A stretch of DNA of 64,000 nt from Neoconidiobolus thromboides FSU 785 (lineage: Eukaryota > Fungi > Entomophthoromycota), in contig MU626288.1 of assembly GCA_025603075.1 (NCBI GenBank), positions 62,001 to 126,000 on the forward strand, written 5' to 3'. A program made the position numbers and the translations under genes. Below the pieces are notes generated by a model. It worked only from the letters and a program-made list of their open reading frames with translations, did not search any database and had not been told where the DNA came from. Positions 1-14,066 of this stretch are shown here, piece by piece; the first letter of the stretch is position 1, and every line of letters begins with the position of its first letter.

Positions 1-1294
1 AAAAAGTTTAAATTAAATATTAAAAAATACATATAATTTGTCTAAAACATACTATAATATATATAAATGGAATGAAAATAATACTAGTACATCTGAAAGT
101 AGTACATAGTATCTTTATAGGTATATATGATATCTTCAAAAATATCATATTTAGCTTTAATAGCTAGCCTAGTTGTTATAATCACTTGTGATAGTTATAA
201 AGCCCAAAGCTACTAACAAAGAGCTTAAACAAATAAAGTTGTTATCACTTATTAAATTCAAACGTATTTTTTACTTAGACAATGTACACCATTTCCCAAA
301 ATGTATAAAACTCTGATAGTTAGCAATTCGAAGCAAGAAACTAAAAAAAACACTATAAATCTTGGTTGTGGATGTTTTACTTCAATGTTTTAAACATTTT
401 TCAAAAAGGTATGGTCTTGCACTGAAAAAACTATGTTTGATCATAATGGATGACTAAAAAGTATAAATGAAAAATGAAAATGGTGCTATGTTAAAATCAT
501 TTCATTAAAAAATCGCTAAATATAAATTATAGTTTAAATATTAAAGGATGAAAATAGATTGTTATTTACTTGAAATGAACACAAGTTTTTGAATTGTTAA
601 TTGCTATGATTTTGCAAACTAATAAAAGAAGTAAAGTACTATCTGATAGGATATTAGCCTAATGTCTAGCTCCTATTTTAAAAATAAAATTTCAAATTAA
701 CTTTCAATAAAAGAAAATTAGTACTTAACTCAAAAGCCGATAAAGATAATTTATGATTTAATAAATTTTATTTTTAACTTCTAAACTTAAAAAGTGACTT
801 ACCAAATTTGTATAAATAAATTTATTAAAAATCGATTTTAGTTGAATCAAATTGCTTATTAGCATGACTCATCTTTAATATTATCAGATTAAATTCGATT
901 ATGAAATCAGAAAGCTAGCTGTGATGGATAGCGGCCTTACTGGAAAGCTGGAGAATCTATAGATTTCTTTAGATTAAGAGAGAGCTGAGTACGATTGGTT
1001 AAAAACTGCAAAATTTTTAAATTTTAATTTATGTCCTTAATTATAAAAGTCCAAAGTTGTAAAACACACTTAAATACCAATCCTACTAGTAATCTACACT
1101 GTTTATTCGCTAACAATATAAAAAAGATTGACTATCCCATAATTTCAATCCCGACGCCTTTGTCCCGAAACGCGCAGCGCTCTAAGGATTTGGAGTAAAT
1201 TCCTATAAGTTATTGGCTGGTTTAGACTTCTATATAGAAATAATATTTCCTTTTATTTATTATAAAAAATCAAAAATACAACAGTCGATTGGTA

Positions 1295-3808
1295 ATGTTT
1301 TTCAGACCAATTGTTCGTAGCTTACCGCAAAAGACTGCCTCTAATCTCCATAGTGGTCAATTTGGGTTGAGCACCTTTATAAATTCCCAGCAAAGTTCTT
1401 ATAATAACCCTAATAACCCTCCCCATCAATACTATAATCAACACAACTTAACTTACTATCAAGATTACACCCCAAATAACTCTCGTCGCTACGCTACCTT
1501 AAATGATTCTTATCTATCTAACAACTTGAATCAAAGCTTTCGTCCTTATATTACTCCCTTTACTGAAGATCATCTAGATCTCGAATCTTTATCTAATGAA
1601 GAGTATGATGACTTTATAGCAAGAATAGACGAGGAAGTACATTATTGTGCAACTAAGGGCCTTAGACTTGACCATTGTTTAACTCAAGTAAAGTACATAA
1701 AATCCCGTAGGCTTTCTAATTACATGGATGCAGTGGTACTTGCTTGCTATAAATATAGTTTAACAAATGAAGCTGAGAATTTCATCACCGATATATATAA
1801 CGAGCACGGAATTGTTCCTGGTCAAAATAGTTACTACGTCTTGATGAAAATCTGCGCCGATAGGAGTTCTTGGGATGAATTATTCAAGTGGCTTGACATT
1901 TGTATCAATAAAGGAAAACTCAACTTCGCTTGGGATGAAATTTTGACAAAATTAATTAAAGCAGACCAACAAAATGTTCATCGTTCCATGAAGTTATTCC
2001 GTTCCATTTATAGTTACAGTGAGCCCAAACTGTCCATAAATACTGTAAATATGGTTGCAGAAGCCTATCGTATTGACAAAAGAAAGGATACTATGGAAGC
2101 ACTTCTAAAAGCAGTGGCCCAAATTAAAGAGCAAGTACCTATAAGCCTAACAACTTCAGTCTTAGATGCTATAAATGAGGTCAATGGTTTTGAAACTGGC
2201 CTTTATTCTCTTAAATGTGTATTTAAAAACAATACTAAATTTTCTAAACGATTCAAATCTGATATTATACGCTATTATTCCCATCAATCATCCAACTTTG
2301 ATGAATTTTATTATATTTATACCTTTTCTCAAAGAAATGACATCCCAGAAATGTTTCTGGATTCATTGGTACAATGCTTCTTAAAGCAGCTTAAAGCAGT
2401 TCGTAATGATTTATCATCCTATAAACAGTTGATTGATCTTCCATTTATTCAATTTTTTCTACGTAAACTAGTTCGCCATAAATTTGAACCAACGTATGTG
2501 ATTGAAGTAATTCAAGTTATGAAAGAGCTTGGTTTGAAAGGGCGTGAGGAATTCAAAACTATTATTGATCTTTTCCAACTAAACCTTTCATTAAACCATA
2601 AACTATCCTTAGCAGAAAAAGAAGGGTATAAAATTAAAGTCAACCTTCTTTTGCCATATGTTACCACAGGTTCTGTTGGTATTTCTAGTGAAAATAGCCT
2701 TGAAACTCAAGCAGCAAACCATCGGGTCCTTCAAAGTCAAGACCCCCATTCTTGTTCTAAAGAAATCAAAAATATGCTCTCAAATTTCCTTCGCCCTTCA
2801 TCGGTAGCTATTACACATACCTTGGCTAGATTTATGCATATCCGTCAATATGAAGAAGGATATGCTCTTTTTAAATATTCACTTCCATCCTTGAAATCCA
2901 TTGCTAAGGAGACTGGCTTTATATCGGCTTGTGGCCCAGTTTATAACTTTGCTATTCGTTTATGTTGTCGTATTCCATTGGTCACCGATGCTAAAAAATT
3001 AGTAGAAGAGTTAGAAGCAAATGGTGGATACCTTGACCCATTTGCAAGTGCTGAGTTAATAATGCTGCTTAAGAAAACTTCAGGGCACGAGGAAGCAATT
3101 AAAAGCGGTTTAGCCCTTTTGAATGTTTTGCAACATAAAGGATCCAATATCCCTGCCTTCTTTTTCAATGTCCTTTTTAATACCATGATTGATGCTGGAC
3201 AGCATAAACAGGTTTGGGAACTACTAAACACTTATATGGCCATCAACTTTAATCCTACTGCAATCACCTATGGTGTTTTAATTAAAGCATCACTTCGTGA
3301 TAATGATTATCAAAGGGCAATTGAATGCCTTCATAAATCAATTGACAGTAAGGTGTTGATAGCTGGTCCTTCAATGCCTATATTTTGTCAATTACTTGAG
3401 TATACTTTAAGTACCAGTCGTAGTCAAGTTGAAGCACATCGGTTGATTAATCTTGCACACAGCCTTAGATTAAAGACAAACCCACGCTTCAATCTTTTCA
3501 AGCTTCGTGCCATGACTGAGTTGATGCCTTTACAATTGGATGCATTAATCCCAACATTGAAAAAGCAAAATGAGTTTAGCTCCATCCCAATATCACATTA
3601 CCAAATTGTATTAGCAAATCTTATTAAGGTAGAAGAATATAAAATGGCATTCGAAGTTATAAAAATGATGCGTGGAAATGGAGTTATACCAGAAGTGGAA
3701 ATGTATCAAAAAGTTGTTGATGGTCTCCAATTCAAAAAAGATTTAGGAGCTGTCAATGAAGCAATGAGACTTCTTCAAACATCATATTCTAATTTACCTT
3801 TATCTTAG
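1295..3808 (+). CDS. Pentatricopeptide-repeat (PPR)-like protein, probably mitochondrial
   Basis: Single long ORF; first ATG at 1295. N-terminus is basic and Ser-rich (MFFRPIVRSLPQK). Helical repeats resemble PPR motifs (FFFNVLFNTMIDAG, PTAITYGVLIKASLR, MMRGNGVIPEVEMYQKVVDG). Confidence 0.75.
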   Translation: MFFRPIVRSLPQKTASNLHSGQFGLSTFINSQQSSYNNPNNPPHQYYNQHNLTYYQDYTPNNSRRYATLNDSYLSNNLNQSFRPYITPFTEDHLDLESLSNEEYDDFIARIDEEVHYCATKGLRLDHCLTQVKYIKSRRLSNYMDAVVLACYKYSLTNEAENFITDIYNEHGIVPGQNSYYVLMKICADRSSWDELFKWLDICINKGKLNFAWDEILTKLIKADQQNVHRSMKLFRSIYSYSEPKLSINTVNMVAEAYRIDKRKDTMEALLKAVAQIKEQVPISLTTSVLDAINEVNGFETGLYSLKCVFKNNTKFSKRFKSDIIRYYSHQSSNFDEFYYIYTFSQRNDIPEMFLDSLVQCFLKQLKAVRNDLSSYKQLIDLPFIQFFLRKLVRHKFEPTYVIEVIQVMKELGLKGREEFKTIIDLFQLNLSLNHKLSLAEKEGYKIKVNLLLPYVTTGSVGISSENSLETQAANHRVLQSQDPHSCSKEIKNMLSNFLRPSSVAITHTLARFMHIRQYEEGYALFKYSLPSLKSIAKETGFISACGPVYNFAIRLCCRIPLVTDAKKLVEELEANGGYLDPFASAELIMLLKKTSGHEEAIKSGLALLNVLQHKGSNIPAFFFNVLFNTMIDAGQHKQVWELLNTYMAINFNPTAITYGVLIKASLRDNDYQRAIECLHKSIDSKVLIAGPSMPIFCQLLEYTLSTSRSQVEAHRLINLAHSLRLKTNPRFNLFKLRAMTELMPLQLDALIPTLKKQNEFSSIPISHYQIVLANLIKVEEYKMAFEVIKMMRGNGVIPEVEMYQKVVDGLQFKKDLGAVNEAMRLLQTSYSNLPLS

Positions 3809-4080
3809 TCACTTTGTTTTATGAATTTTTATAGTTTAAATTTATTATTGTAGCTTGATCTTCTTTTAAATAAACATTTTTAATTTTTTAATTCATTACT
3901 TACAAAATATTAATATATAGTTGCAACTTTTATATTATTAGCTTAGTGTTTATTTGCAATAGAAAAAAAAATAAAATTGATCGACTTTTTATTCTTTAAA
4001 CTTTCATCCCCAGCTTAAACCAAAAGTATACAAACATAATCCAGGATCACCAAATAAATCCCTTCTCATCCTAGCTCATC

Positions 4081-7000
4081 TTACTCTCTTTTTATGTGTT
4101 GAGGTTTGACCAATAAATAAGTCTCTTCTAAATTCCAATCAAACTGAATATCCGCGGTTCCTAATCCAGAGGTCGAATTGGCACTGTGGTAAGACTCAGA
4201 TGTTAGTATGGTAGGAGTAGAAGCCAAAGCAACTTGGGTTGGGGTAATAAGAGATGTACGTTTTCTTTCCACTTTCAGTGGTGGTACCTTGATCTTACCA
4301 TAGGTTAGTGCATGACAAGTGATAGGTAACTTAATATATGAATGAGGAAGGACTCTGAGATTTGCGACTTTATAACCAGAATATACTAATGGTATATCAC
4401 TCATGTCTAGACTGCATACTATTTCCTCAGTACAACTTGTTACATTTAAAATGGTATAGTTGATTGTAAAAGGGATTCCCTCAAAAGTTTCATTTGGGGT
4501 ATCTGAAAAATTTAAAAAAAAAATAAAAAAAAAATAAAATACATTACCTAATTCAACATATAACCTGTAAGATGGAATCTGTAAAGTTGGTATTGTTGCT
4601 TTAAAAGTAGAAGTTTGAGCGGTGTCAGTATTTGCTCTATTATATAAATTAAAATGATAGTGAAATTACTAATTAAATTACCTATGCCATTCTATCGAAA
4701 CATGTCCAGGTTTTACAGTCCAAGGAGAAGGTTTATTTGTAGAAAGTGAAGGTTCACATAATAGAGTAAATTCAAATATCTGTTCAAAAGAGTAAGGAAT
4801 CTTGGGATTGATTGCTATTTTAAAGTTAAAACAAATCAATAATATAAAGATGTAATTTACTTAATAATGATTTAGGTGATGAGAAAGAGGAACTCAAAAA
4901 TTTTGATTTTGAGGTACCACCATCACGAGTAGAATCCTGAAAACAATGAGTTGATTTGTTGTCAAAATTACTTAACTTACTGAGTCTATAAAAGCGATCG
5001 ATTTTATATTAACTGGATTTGGACTAAAAGAAGTCAAGGTTGTTAATAATAAGTATTCTTTACTAAACGTCAATACAGGGGCAATAAAACTAAGTCCACA
5101 TGGAAAAGCATCTGAAGATTCATGGTTTGTTTTGGTTTTTCCTCCAGCTTTAGTTAAGCATTTGAAATCTATTTTAAATGGTGATATGACCTCTATTTGA
5201 ATTAATTCTTTCTTTTCTCGCTTTTCTTCCCCATTTGGGGTTTGTACATTATATGTCAACTTCAAAAAATAATTAAGGTTTGTAAATTAACAAGGGTAAT
5301 AAATTACTAATGCATGAAGATTACGGGTTCCTAAGATACTAGAAAAATGCACATAAGTAGTAATCTCTTTTACTCCGTTCAGGTTTATATCTTCAATCTT
5401 TATATTTGTATGGGTATTTTCATTAAAATCTGGATCAAGTGATATTTTGTCATCTAAAATAATTAGTGTATAATAAATATGAGTAATAGATTGTTACTAA
5501 ATAAACTTGATTTATTCCACTCAAAGTTCAATAGCACATTGGTAGCAGCCTCGTCAGGTGAATTTATCTCAAGTTTTATGGGATAAATTTCTTCTAGATA
5601 GGCCGGATACAAATGTTTAGCAGTAATCTTAATTTTTGAGATCGGCGCTTGTACTCTATAAACAGCAAATTAAATAATATAATTTTAAATAAAAAAAGAG
5701 CATTACTTAAGGGCATTATTGGCATCCCCAGGCTTAAGATTCTTCAAGGTCATCGAATCACATTCTAAATAGCATTAATATTGTATTTAAACAAATCAGA
5801 GTTGCTTACCATCATGACTATAAAGCCATTTAAAACTATGACTGGGATAATTCGGCAACGGCTCCTCCACATCTGGAGAAATGACTCTAGTTTCAGATTT
5901 AATTGGAAATTTCAATACAATATCCCATGATTCAGTAGTAATATGTACAGTGATAGCTATGACCTAATAAATATATATAAGATAAAGGTTTTGAATAAAT
6001 CAAGGTAACAAACCTTGATTTCGTTTAATTTGGTTGGAGTTATATGACCTTGTAGATATTTTATAATACTACTTTTGATTTCAAGATTCGTACTGACATT
6101 TGATATATAATTGGCTTGATTTTCACTGTTACAATTGAAAAACTCATATTCTTGTTCCTTTAGTTTATAAAATTGGTTTGTTGGTGAACTGTCGTCGTTT
6201 TCAAAAGTAACATCCAAGTCAGGGTTATCAAAGTTGATTTTAATTGACGATAACTTCAAGATGAAATCAGCAGGAAATTTCAATAAAGAAAGGTTAATTT
6301 GAAATGGCGATGGTTGGTTCAAAATGCCATTATTTTCTTTAAAAGCAAAGTTTACTTTTACTAACACTCTTTTAATTAGAGTCAAAAATAATAATAAAAA
6401 TGCTTACAAAATGAGGATAACTCATCCATTTCAATTACAACTACTTTTTGTTCATTTACATCTTTACTATTTTCTATTGGTTTCTAAAACATATAAATAT
6501 TCTATCTGAATTACATATTAAAATCATTACGTTTATCATCTGTAGCAACGCTTCAATACCATTTGCCCTTTCCTCTTGTGGAGCAGTGAAATCTAATAAA
6601 ATAAATCAAAATTTCGATTAATGTATACCATAATATATGAATTACTAGGTGATAATAATTCTATAGAATAACGGATGAATGATTCCTCATTATCCGGAAG
6701 ATTTTTTACACATTTAATAGAATTTTTTAAAGTTGATTCTAAAATTTGAGGCCAATAATCTTTTCTAAATGTCTTGGCAATTCTCTCATAAAATCTAAAA
6801 ACAAAGTTAGACTATCAGAAATATATTGAAGGTACATACTTTAAAGCTAAATCGTATTTCTCAGCTAATAGATAAGAGTCTGCTATTTCTGAAGCGACCC
6901 ACAAAGTCATTCTTCCTCCTTTGTATTTCTTGAATTGCTCATAACTTTTTGAAAGAGACTCTATAATTAACTGCGTATGATCAACTTCAGATTCTTTGTC

Positions 7001-8961
7001 AAGTATACCTCCTGCCAGACTCTCTTCAGATTTCAGTAAAAGATATTGTGAATATCTTTTTGATTGATATTGGGCTGATTCATAAAAATAATAGCCAGGA
7101 TGCTGCAATATTGTCAATGGATGAGTTCCTTGATTATTAGGAAGTTCTGATAACCTTGGATTTTGTAGTTTGAACCTTGATCTGTTAGGTGAACTTGGAG
7201 TTGTGATCCCTTTCCAAGTAGGATTACCTCCTATGAGGAAGATACTTGTTGATTGTAAATTTGATTTTGGAGCTGTTTGGATATAATTCTTTCCAAAACG
7301 AATGCCGCAATCCAATAACTCGGCAAACGATTTATACCTTAAATTTTAATTCTCCATTATTTTGAAATAGTATTATCTTACTGTCTTGCAAACCAGGTAT
7401 TTCTTTCAAATTTAAACTCGGGTGCTTTATTATTCAAGGATTTCCAAAGGCTCTTAAAGCCCCAAACATGGCGATTTAACTGCGTTAAAGACGCTTGTCC
7501 CATATCTAAATACAAATACAACCTACATATCTTTTATACTATTAAACATGTGATTTTGAAAATAATAAATTTACATGAAAGTTCATACACTCAATTAATA
7601 ATTTGGCTTCATTCCAACGCACTTTATTAGTAACATCAATCTCTGAGCTTGTCATCATTTCACTTAATGTCCCGTATGCTGCTTCAAAATGCCTGAACTA
7701 TTTTAGTATTTCATATAAAATAAATAAATGTAAATACTTTATTGAGTTGTTAAAATCCTGTCTAATTAAAGAGAATATAGCTAACTTAAACTCAAATCTG
7801 GTAGTCCAACCAAGGGATGACAGAGGTCTAATTGATGGTGAGGAAGGTGATAATTCTCCGGCTCTCAAAGCCATTGAAGGAACACGAGATAACTTCTTTT
7901 TAGCTGAACGATATTTTTCTCTATAATAATGCAAAGAAGGCTCATAGATCGCTTTCTGAACACTATCTTTTTTAATTAATTACAACTCAAACTTATAAAT
8001 AATTACTTTGAGAGAAAAACGTTAATTGACTCTGTGTCTTCTCGTGATAAAACGAATAACTCCGTTCTTTGGTCTAAGCCACAGGCTCTACGGATGTGAA
8101 CTATCCTGTCCTCAAAGAGACCATCTATAACAGTTATATAGTTTAAAATTTTGTTAGCTTAGTACAGTTAAAATACCTTCATTTGATCTTAAATTCCAAA
8201 CCACAACCGAAAACTTAATAGATTGTTCATGGGCGTTTTTTCTTGTAAACATAAACTAACAGATCTAAAATTCAAAAGAAAGAAATTACCTCAATTCATT
8301 TAACTCAGCTGCTAAAGCAGCGTCTTTTTCCTTAATAGTACTCAAAATGGCTGCAGAGTTGTTAAACTGAGTAATATCCTTATTATCGTTTCCATTATCT
8401 GGATACCAAAGCTCATGAAAACTTAATAAAGCAGAAGGATTCTCATTAAAGTGATTATTTAGCCAAATGGATGCTATGAGCCCGTCGGGATGTAACGGAG
8501 AAGCTGGTGAAAACGGTGAAAGTGGAGAATGGGTTGATACCATTCCCTGGAATGATTTTGGTCGCTTCTGCGGTATTGTGTAAGCCTAGTGGTGGATATA
8601 TTAGAATTAAAAAAAAGCAAAATTGAGTAGCTACATTATTAACTAGGGCCACTTTAAATAACCTGTCTGTCCCAGCTAACAGTTCGGTACTAGAAAATGA
8701 AGGTGGGTTCAAGTTTATGGTAAAAGGTTGGTTATGAGAGAAGCGTTGGGCTACGTTACCAGACTCCCAAGCGGAGGGTGGAAAGTCAACTCCTAATAAA
8801 TCTTTGATCTTTCTACATGTTCTAGCTTTCAAAACTTCCGGTAAAGACTCAGCCAATGGGTTGTTTTTTGGTATCTTAGGGGATTTTAGGTCTTCTTCAA
8901 TTCCTTTTATAAATAATACTGGTAATGGGTGCTGTATATACTCATTTGGATATATGTCCAT
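4081..8961 (-). CDS. TRAPPC11: Trafficking protein particle complex subunit 11 (foie gras/gryzun), multi-exon
   Basis: N-terminus MDIYPNEYIQHPLPVLFIKGI is typical of fungal TRAPPC11. ORF-track fragments at 8455-8961, 8286-8543, 7698-7934, 6815-7315, 5957-6385, 4972-5265 and 4081-4404 lie on one strand, separated by GT-AG introns. Confidence 0.75.
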
Positions 8962-9214
8962 TTGCTTAAAATGTTAAAAGTTAAATTTTTTAAGCCACAA
9001 AATACTTTAAACACTACCCAATTAATCTTTTGCCAAAATAATTTTTGCAATTTAACTACTTTCATTTATGGTTTATGTACTTTTATATCTTTGTTAAATA
9101 ATTTCACAGATTTATTATACTTATTTTATAAATATTAAAACATAAATGTATTTTAATCGCAATCTACAAATAAACTTAGAAATATTAATTTATTGCCAAT
9201 ATGATAATAATAAT

Positions 9215-11221
9215 CTAAAATGTCATTAAAGTAGAACGCTTTCTACCCATAGGATATACTACAAAGGTTGAAAAGAACAAACCAACAGTGATAGATAAAG
9301 CAATGATTATCATTTGCATTGCAAATGAGGCTCCTTCAGCTGATTTCTCAACCAGAAAAGCAGCTGAACCTTTTACTCCAAGAGAGCCTGGAACTAATAG
9401 AATAACAGAACCCAATAAAGGAATTATAGGTAGTACATTAGTAAATCTAGCTAAAAGATTTGAAGCGATTCCAATAACAAAAGCAGAAAGAGCTGGAACA
9501 AGGTCTTTGGAAAAATTATATTTGGTAGTAAAATAAGAAGTCAAATATCCTAAAAGCGCGATTCCACTCATATATATCCATTGTTTTGGATGAGCCATCA
9601 GAAAGATATTAAACGAGATGCTTGCCATTGGAAAAAGTAAAAGGGTCCACCATGGCGATATACCAGAGCAAACAATATCATTCTGATAACCTGAGGGGTC
9701 GAAAGATGAATATAGTCGAACTCCAAGAGATAATCCAAATCCAAGTATAAAAGCCACAACTAATGCATAAAACATCCTAACTGCTCCAGATACCATGTTC
9801 TTTGATGCCAATTCTACAACCGCGACAGTAAGAGATAAACCGGGTAATAAATTAACAGTAGCTGATAAAACAACTGCCCAATAACAAACATGACTGTGTA
9901 ATACTGTTGCTATAAAAGCGCTGAGGACTGCTGCTGATAACTCGAATACATTGGAATAGCCTTCAAAGCGCCTTGCTAATAACATCATTAGTCCAACTAA
10001 CAAGCCCAATAACCCAGCAACACCTGCATCTACCCAACCTCCCCCAAAGACCATTGGAGCCATGGCAAAAGATCCTAAGCCGTAATTTAATAGTTCAACC
10101 CAAGGTGGATAAAGTGGTGGCTGTTCCATAATCGAGGTAAGCTCTGAAATAGCGTCCAAAATATGCATATCCTCCTTGCAAATTCTATGATAAATTGAAA
10201 CAACCCTTTCTAATTTATACATGTCATACCCAAGGTTAACTCGAAGTAATACTGTTTCAGAGGTATGTAAATCTCTATCTGAGAAAGAAATTAACATTAA
10301 ACCGGGTAATGAGGCAAAACTAGCATCTAGATCTAAAACTTTGGCCACTTTACTCATATTGTTTTCTAACCGGTGGGAAGGAGCGCCGTAAAGGATGAAT
10401 GCTTTACACAGCTCAACAATGAAGTTTTGTCGTTTTAAAATATCTTCGATTGCAGCAGTAACCTTTTTAGCACTATTTAGGGTGGCACTATCATCATAAC
10501 TGAAACTTGATCGCGTACTCCCTATACCGAAAAAATCGGTTAAACTTTTGTAACTTGAATTGGGAGTCATAAGTCCCTTAATATTTAACCTTGATTCATC
10601 AAAGCTTCCACGTACTGTTTCCTTCCCACTCTTTTTTAAATTGTTAACTTTATTCTGTTTATTTCCTTCCTTTTTTAAATTTGGATCCATCTTTTGTCGA
10701 GATTTCAATACTTGATGCTGTTGAAGAGATAACAAGTTTGATAGTATGCCTTTTTTTGGTTGAATATCTCCTTTAGTTTCCATTAACTTTTTTTTTGTAA
10801 TATTTCTGACTAACCTTGCTGCTTCCATTTTCTGTGGATCCCCACTTATAGGTTCTTCAATTACTTTGATCTCTATAGTTTCCTCATTTGGCGTCGAACT
10901 ACCTGATAGCGTAGTTCTATTCATATCTGGAAACGGATATCCATCACTTTTCTCTATATTTTTATTCATACCATTTAAATCAAGCCTTGAAGGATTCAAT
11001 GGAGATAAATTCCCTTGGTTCATTTTTGGCATACTGCTACTTAGACCATCTTTGTACATTGGCCTTCCATGAAGGATGATTTGAGTTGGCTTGAAGTCGG
11101 GTGATGCTGGCTCAGACAAGGATATCATTGGAGCAGTATAACTCCCAGGAGAAGCAAGGTCTTCTTCATCACTTCCATCTCCAATCATAAATTTCACAGC
11201 TGATTTCTTAGCTGGTTTCAT
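9215..11221 (-). CDS. PRM10: Pheromone-regulated membrane protein 10-like (ThrE/DUF1212 family)
   Basis: 668-aa ORF with motif LYGAPSHRLE and about 10 C-terminal TM helices (LLPGLSLTVAVVELASKNMVSGAVR; ILLVPGSLG). Confidence 0.85.
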   Translation of the reverse strand: MKPAKKSAVKFMIGDGSDEEDLASPGSYTAPMISLSEPASPDFKPTQIILHGRPMYKDGLSSSMPKMNQGNLSPLNPSRLDLNGMNKNIEKSDGYPFPDMNRTTLSGSSTPNEETIEIKVIEEPISGDPQKMEAARLVRNITKKKLMETKGDIQPKKGILSNLLSLQQHQVLKSRQKMDPNLKKEGNKQNKVNNLKKSGKETVRGSFDESRLNIKGLMTPNSSYKSLTDFFGIGSTRSSFSYDDSATLNSAKKVTAAIEDILKRQNFIVELCKAFILYGAPSHRLENNMSKVAKVLDLDASFASLPGLMLISFSDRDLHTSETVLLRVNLGYDMYKLERVVSIYHRICKEDMHILDAISELTSIMEQPPLYPPWVELLNYGLGSFAMAPMVFGGGWVDAGVAGLLGLLVGLMMLLARRFEGYSNVFELSAAVLSAFIATVLHSHVCYWAVVLSATVNLLPGLSLTVAVVELASKNMVSGAVRMFYALVVAFILGFGLSLGVRLYSSFDPSGYQNDIVCSGISPWWTLLLFPMASISFNIFLMAHPKQWIYMSGIALLGYLTSYFTTKYNFSKDLVPALSAFVIGIASNLLARFTNVLPIIPLLGSVILLVPGSLGVKGSAAFLVEKSAEGASFAMQMIIIALSITVGLFFSTFVVYPMGRKRSTLMTF

Positions 11222-11930
11222 TTTAATTAATTAATATAAGTACACTATTAAATTGCAATATGAAAAGAAAACTAAAACAAAAGTGAGTAATTCTTTAGAA
11301 AAGTTAGCCAAAATAAATAAAATACCATTATCCTTGTAAATCTTGAGTCACTTATAAAAAGTTAATAATTATTTGAATTCTCTTCATTTTATTGGTTAGA
11401 TTTTATTTTTAATTTATTCAATTATTTGTTCATTTTCTTGAATTCATGTGCTGTATTAAAAAATGGCTAAAAAAGTCATTTTTAGTTCATTATAATAATA
11501 TTATTTATTATTCTTAAAGTTTTAAAATAGAAAAATGGAACTTTGTAATACTACAGAAGAATACTAATATTTTTTCTAAGCTATGATATTTCAACCTTGA
11601 AGACACACGTTATATAATTTAGTGTTTATGATATCAAGTACATTTACAATGAATAAAGTTTTTATATCACACATTATAAATAGACTAAGTAACTAACTTA
11701 TTTTATCAAATAGTATTAATTCGATAACAACTAAGTGCATAATTAAAATTTGAGCTTGATAAAATTTTAATGTTTGGAAAGTGGTTAGAAATTTCTTCGT
11801 TGTATAAATACAACAATCAGATAAGGTGTATCTAGCTTTTACAGTTTGAAGTATTGAAATTATTTTTTGAAAATAATTTAAATTTGCCTTTTTTGGTAAA
11901 TAAATTATTATACCAATGCACTTTAAAAAG

Positions 11931-12036
11931 TATGAGGATGTATTTTTGTATTTAATAATTTTACTAACAAATTTTCCGCTTGAATAGCGCTTAAAAAATG
12001 GAAAAAATAATGAAGTCAAAAAAAACACTTCCGTAT
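11931..12036 (+). mobile_element. MITE-like ~103-bp element copy 1
   Basis: TATGAGGATGTATTTTTG...CCGCTTGAATAGCGCTTAAAAAATGG...AAAACACTTCCGTA. Confidence 0.75.
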
Positions 12037-12126
12037 ATTGGTCGACTTTCAAAAAATAGCTTATTCCAACTAATTTCATTTAAATAAATAGTAAATTTCT
12101 TTAATAAATCAACAATTTCCTTTTAT

Positions 12127-14066
12127 TTAGTTCCTTTGAACTGTATAAATAATAGGCTTCACAGGTTGAGCAACTAAATAGAACGATGAATCTATCTTAT
12201 TGTTATTCTCCCTTTTAAAGCGGAAATTTCTTATTAAAGTCGCTATAACTAAATAAAGCTCCATCCATGCCAAACTAAAGCTTATTAATGCGATAGGTTT
12301 GTAGATTTATATGCTTACCTTCTTCCGATACACGCTCTTGGCCCTATTGAAAATGAAAAGAAATTTGGGTTAGTCTTAAACTTTCCGTTTTCTAGCCACC
12401 TTCCTGGATTAAAAACATTAGGGTCTTTCCAAAGTTCTGGCAAGTTATGGCATGATATAACTGACGATCCAATGGTAGTCTAAGAATCTCATATTAATGT
12501 AGTCAATTTAGATATAAATTTGTATTACTCCTTCTGGAATAAAGTAACCATCTATTACTCTTCCGCCTTTAGGTACAGCTCTAGGCAAATTACCAGGCGC
12601 AACTGGCGTTACTCTCATACTTTCATGAATTACAGCATTGAGATAGTGGCAATCTGATTTAATTTGAGTATAACTAATTGATGCTTTATCTTGAAAGATA
12701 GTATTTATTTCTCTCTCAAGCTTTTCATATATATCAGGATGGTTTGTTAAGTTATAAAAGAACCTATTTCATATTATTTGTAATCAAATACAGTTAAGTA
12801 ATAATATTACCATGTAAGCGTATTAGATGTAGTATCTGTTCCAGCAGCGCTTAATAAGTAAGTTAGTTGTATAATCAATAAATCATAGTGATTACAATTG
12901 AATGATAGATTCTTCAGCTATTTCTTTTTCGTCAAGTTTTTTTCCAGTTTCAGGATCTACAGCATTAAGTAGTGCGTTCATAATAGTAGCTCTATTTGGA
13001 TGGCTCTTTGCATTATTTATTGCACCATAAGAGAACTAATATCGTATTAAAATTAAAATAGTTATATCGAAAATATAAATACCTCATATAAACTTTTAAC
13101 ACTACGAAATTGAATATTTTTGAATATAGGGAATATAAACAACTATTAATATTTATAAGATTTAATTTTTATAATAAAAATAAAAATACTATAAAACTCA
13201 AATAAAATGTATCTTTTACCCATCCAATAACTGGATGGTACCCATCATTCACCATATTAAAGGACTTTCCAAACCCAATATCGCCAATTACATCCTTTGA
13301 TTTTATATTAATGTTGAGTTATTTAGTTATTTATAATTACAACTTACAAATGAGAAATAATGAAAGTAAAGTCCAAGATCGAATTTCTGATTACTATAAG
13401 AATAATCATTCAACTTTTCCACTAGATTTTTTACATTATTGTGTATTATATTTTCAACACTTGATATTGCCTTATCAGAAAATAGCGGCGCCAGTATTCT
13501 TTTCTATATAATTTAGTTAGAATTGTTCAATATTGAGTTTAAAGTAACTTACTTTAAGTCGATGATAATCTTTATTACTAATAAACAGTCAAATATTTAT
13601 ATTTAATACTATGATAGTTACTTTGTATTAAACATATTTTCTCCTATTATCTTATTGCTTTCATAAATCTTGCCTTTGGAAAAATTGTAAGTTGAATATA
13701 TTTCTTTACGAGCTGACTCTGAAACCATTGAAACTGTGTCTCCACCTTTTAGAATTACTGTTAATAAATACAACTTCGAATATATGCTAGTTTACCTATC
13801 CTTACTACAGTACCAAATCGTTTATGAAGATCTAATGTATACTGATGGAGGGTTCCATTTAAAATTTTAAGTTTATGATAAGATGGGAAAAAGTGCACTC
13901 TTAATGGTCCTGGAACTTTTCTTAATGGACAGAAAAATAGGCTGTATACCACCTGTAACATCATATTACCACTGTTATGCTTAAAACTAGTATATCTTAC
14001 TTTATAAACATAATAAGCTAATAGTGCTGTTAAAATCAAAGCTGAAGTTGATTTAGTATCAAACAT
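12127..14066 (-). CDS. Cytochrome P450, multi-exon
   Basis: N-terminal TM anchor and PGP hinge; I-helix AAGTDTTS; ExxR (ESMR); heme motif FSIGPRACIG. C-terminus reads through to TAA at 12127 after splicing. Confidence 0.9.

Noticed and set aside
12127-12250. Apparent frameshift near the P450 C-terminus
   Set aside because: On re-reading, the last exon is continuous (RNFRFKRENNNKIDSSFYLVAQPVKP...RN*); the gene is intact.
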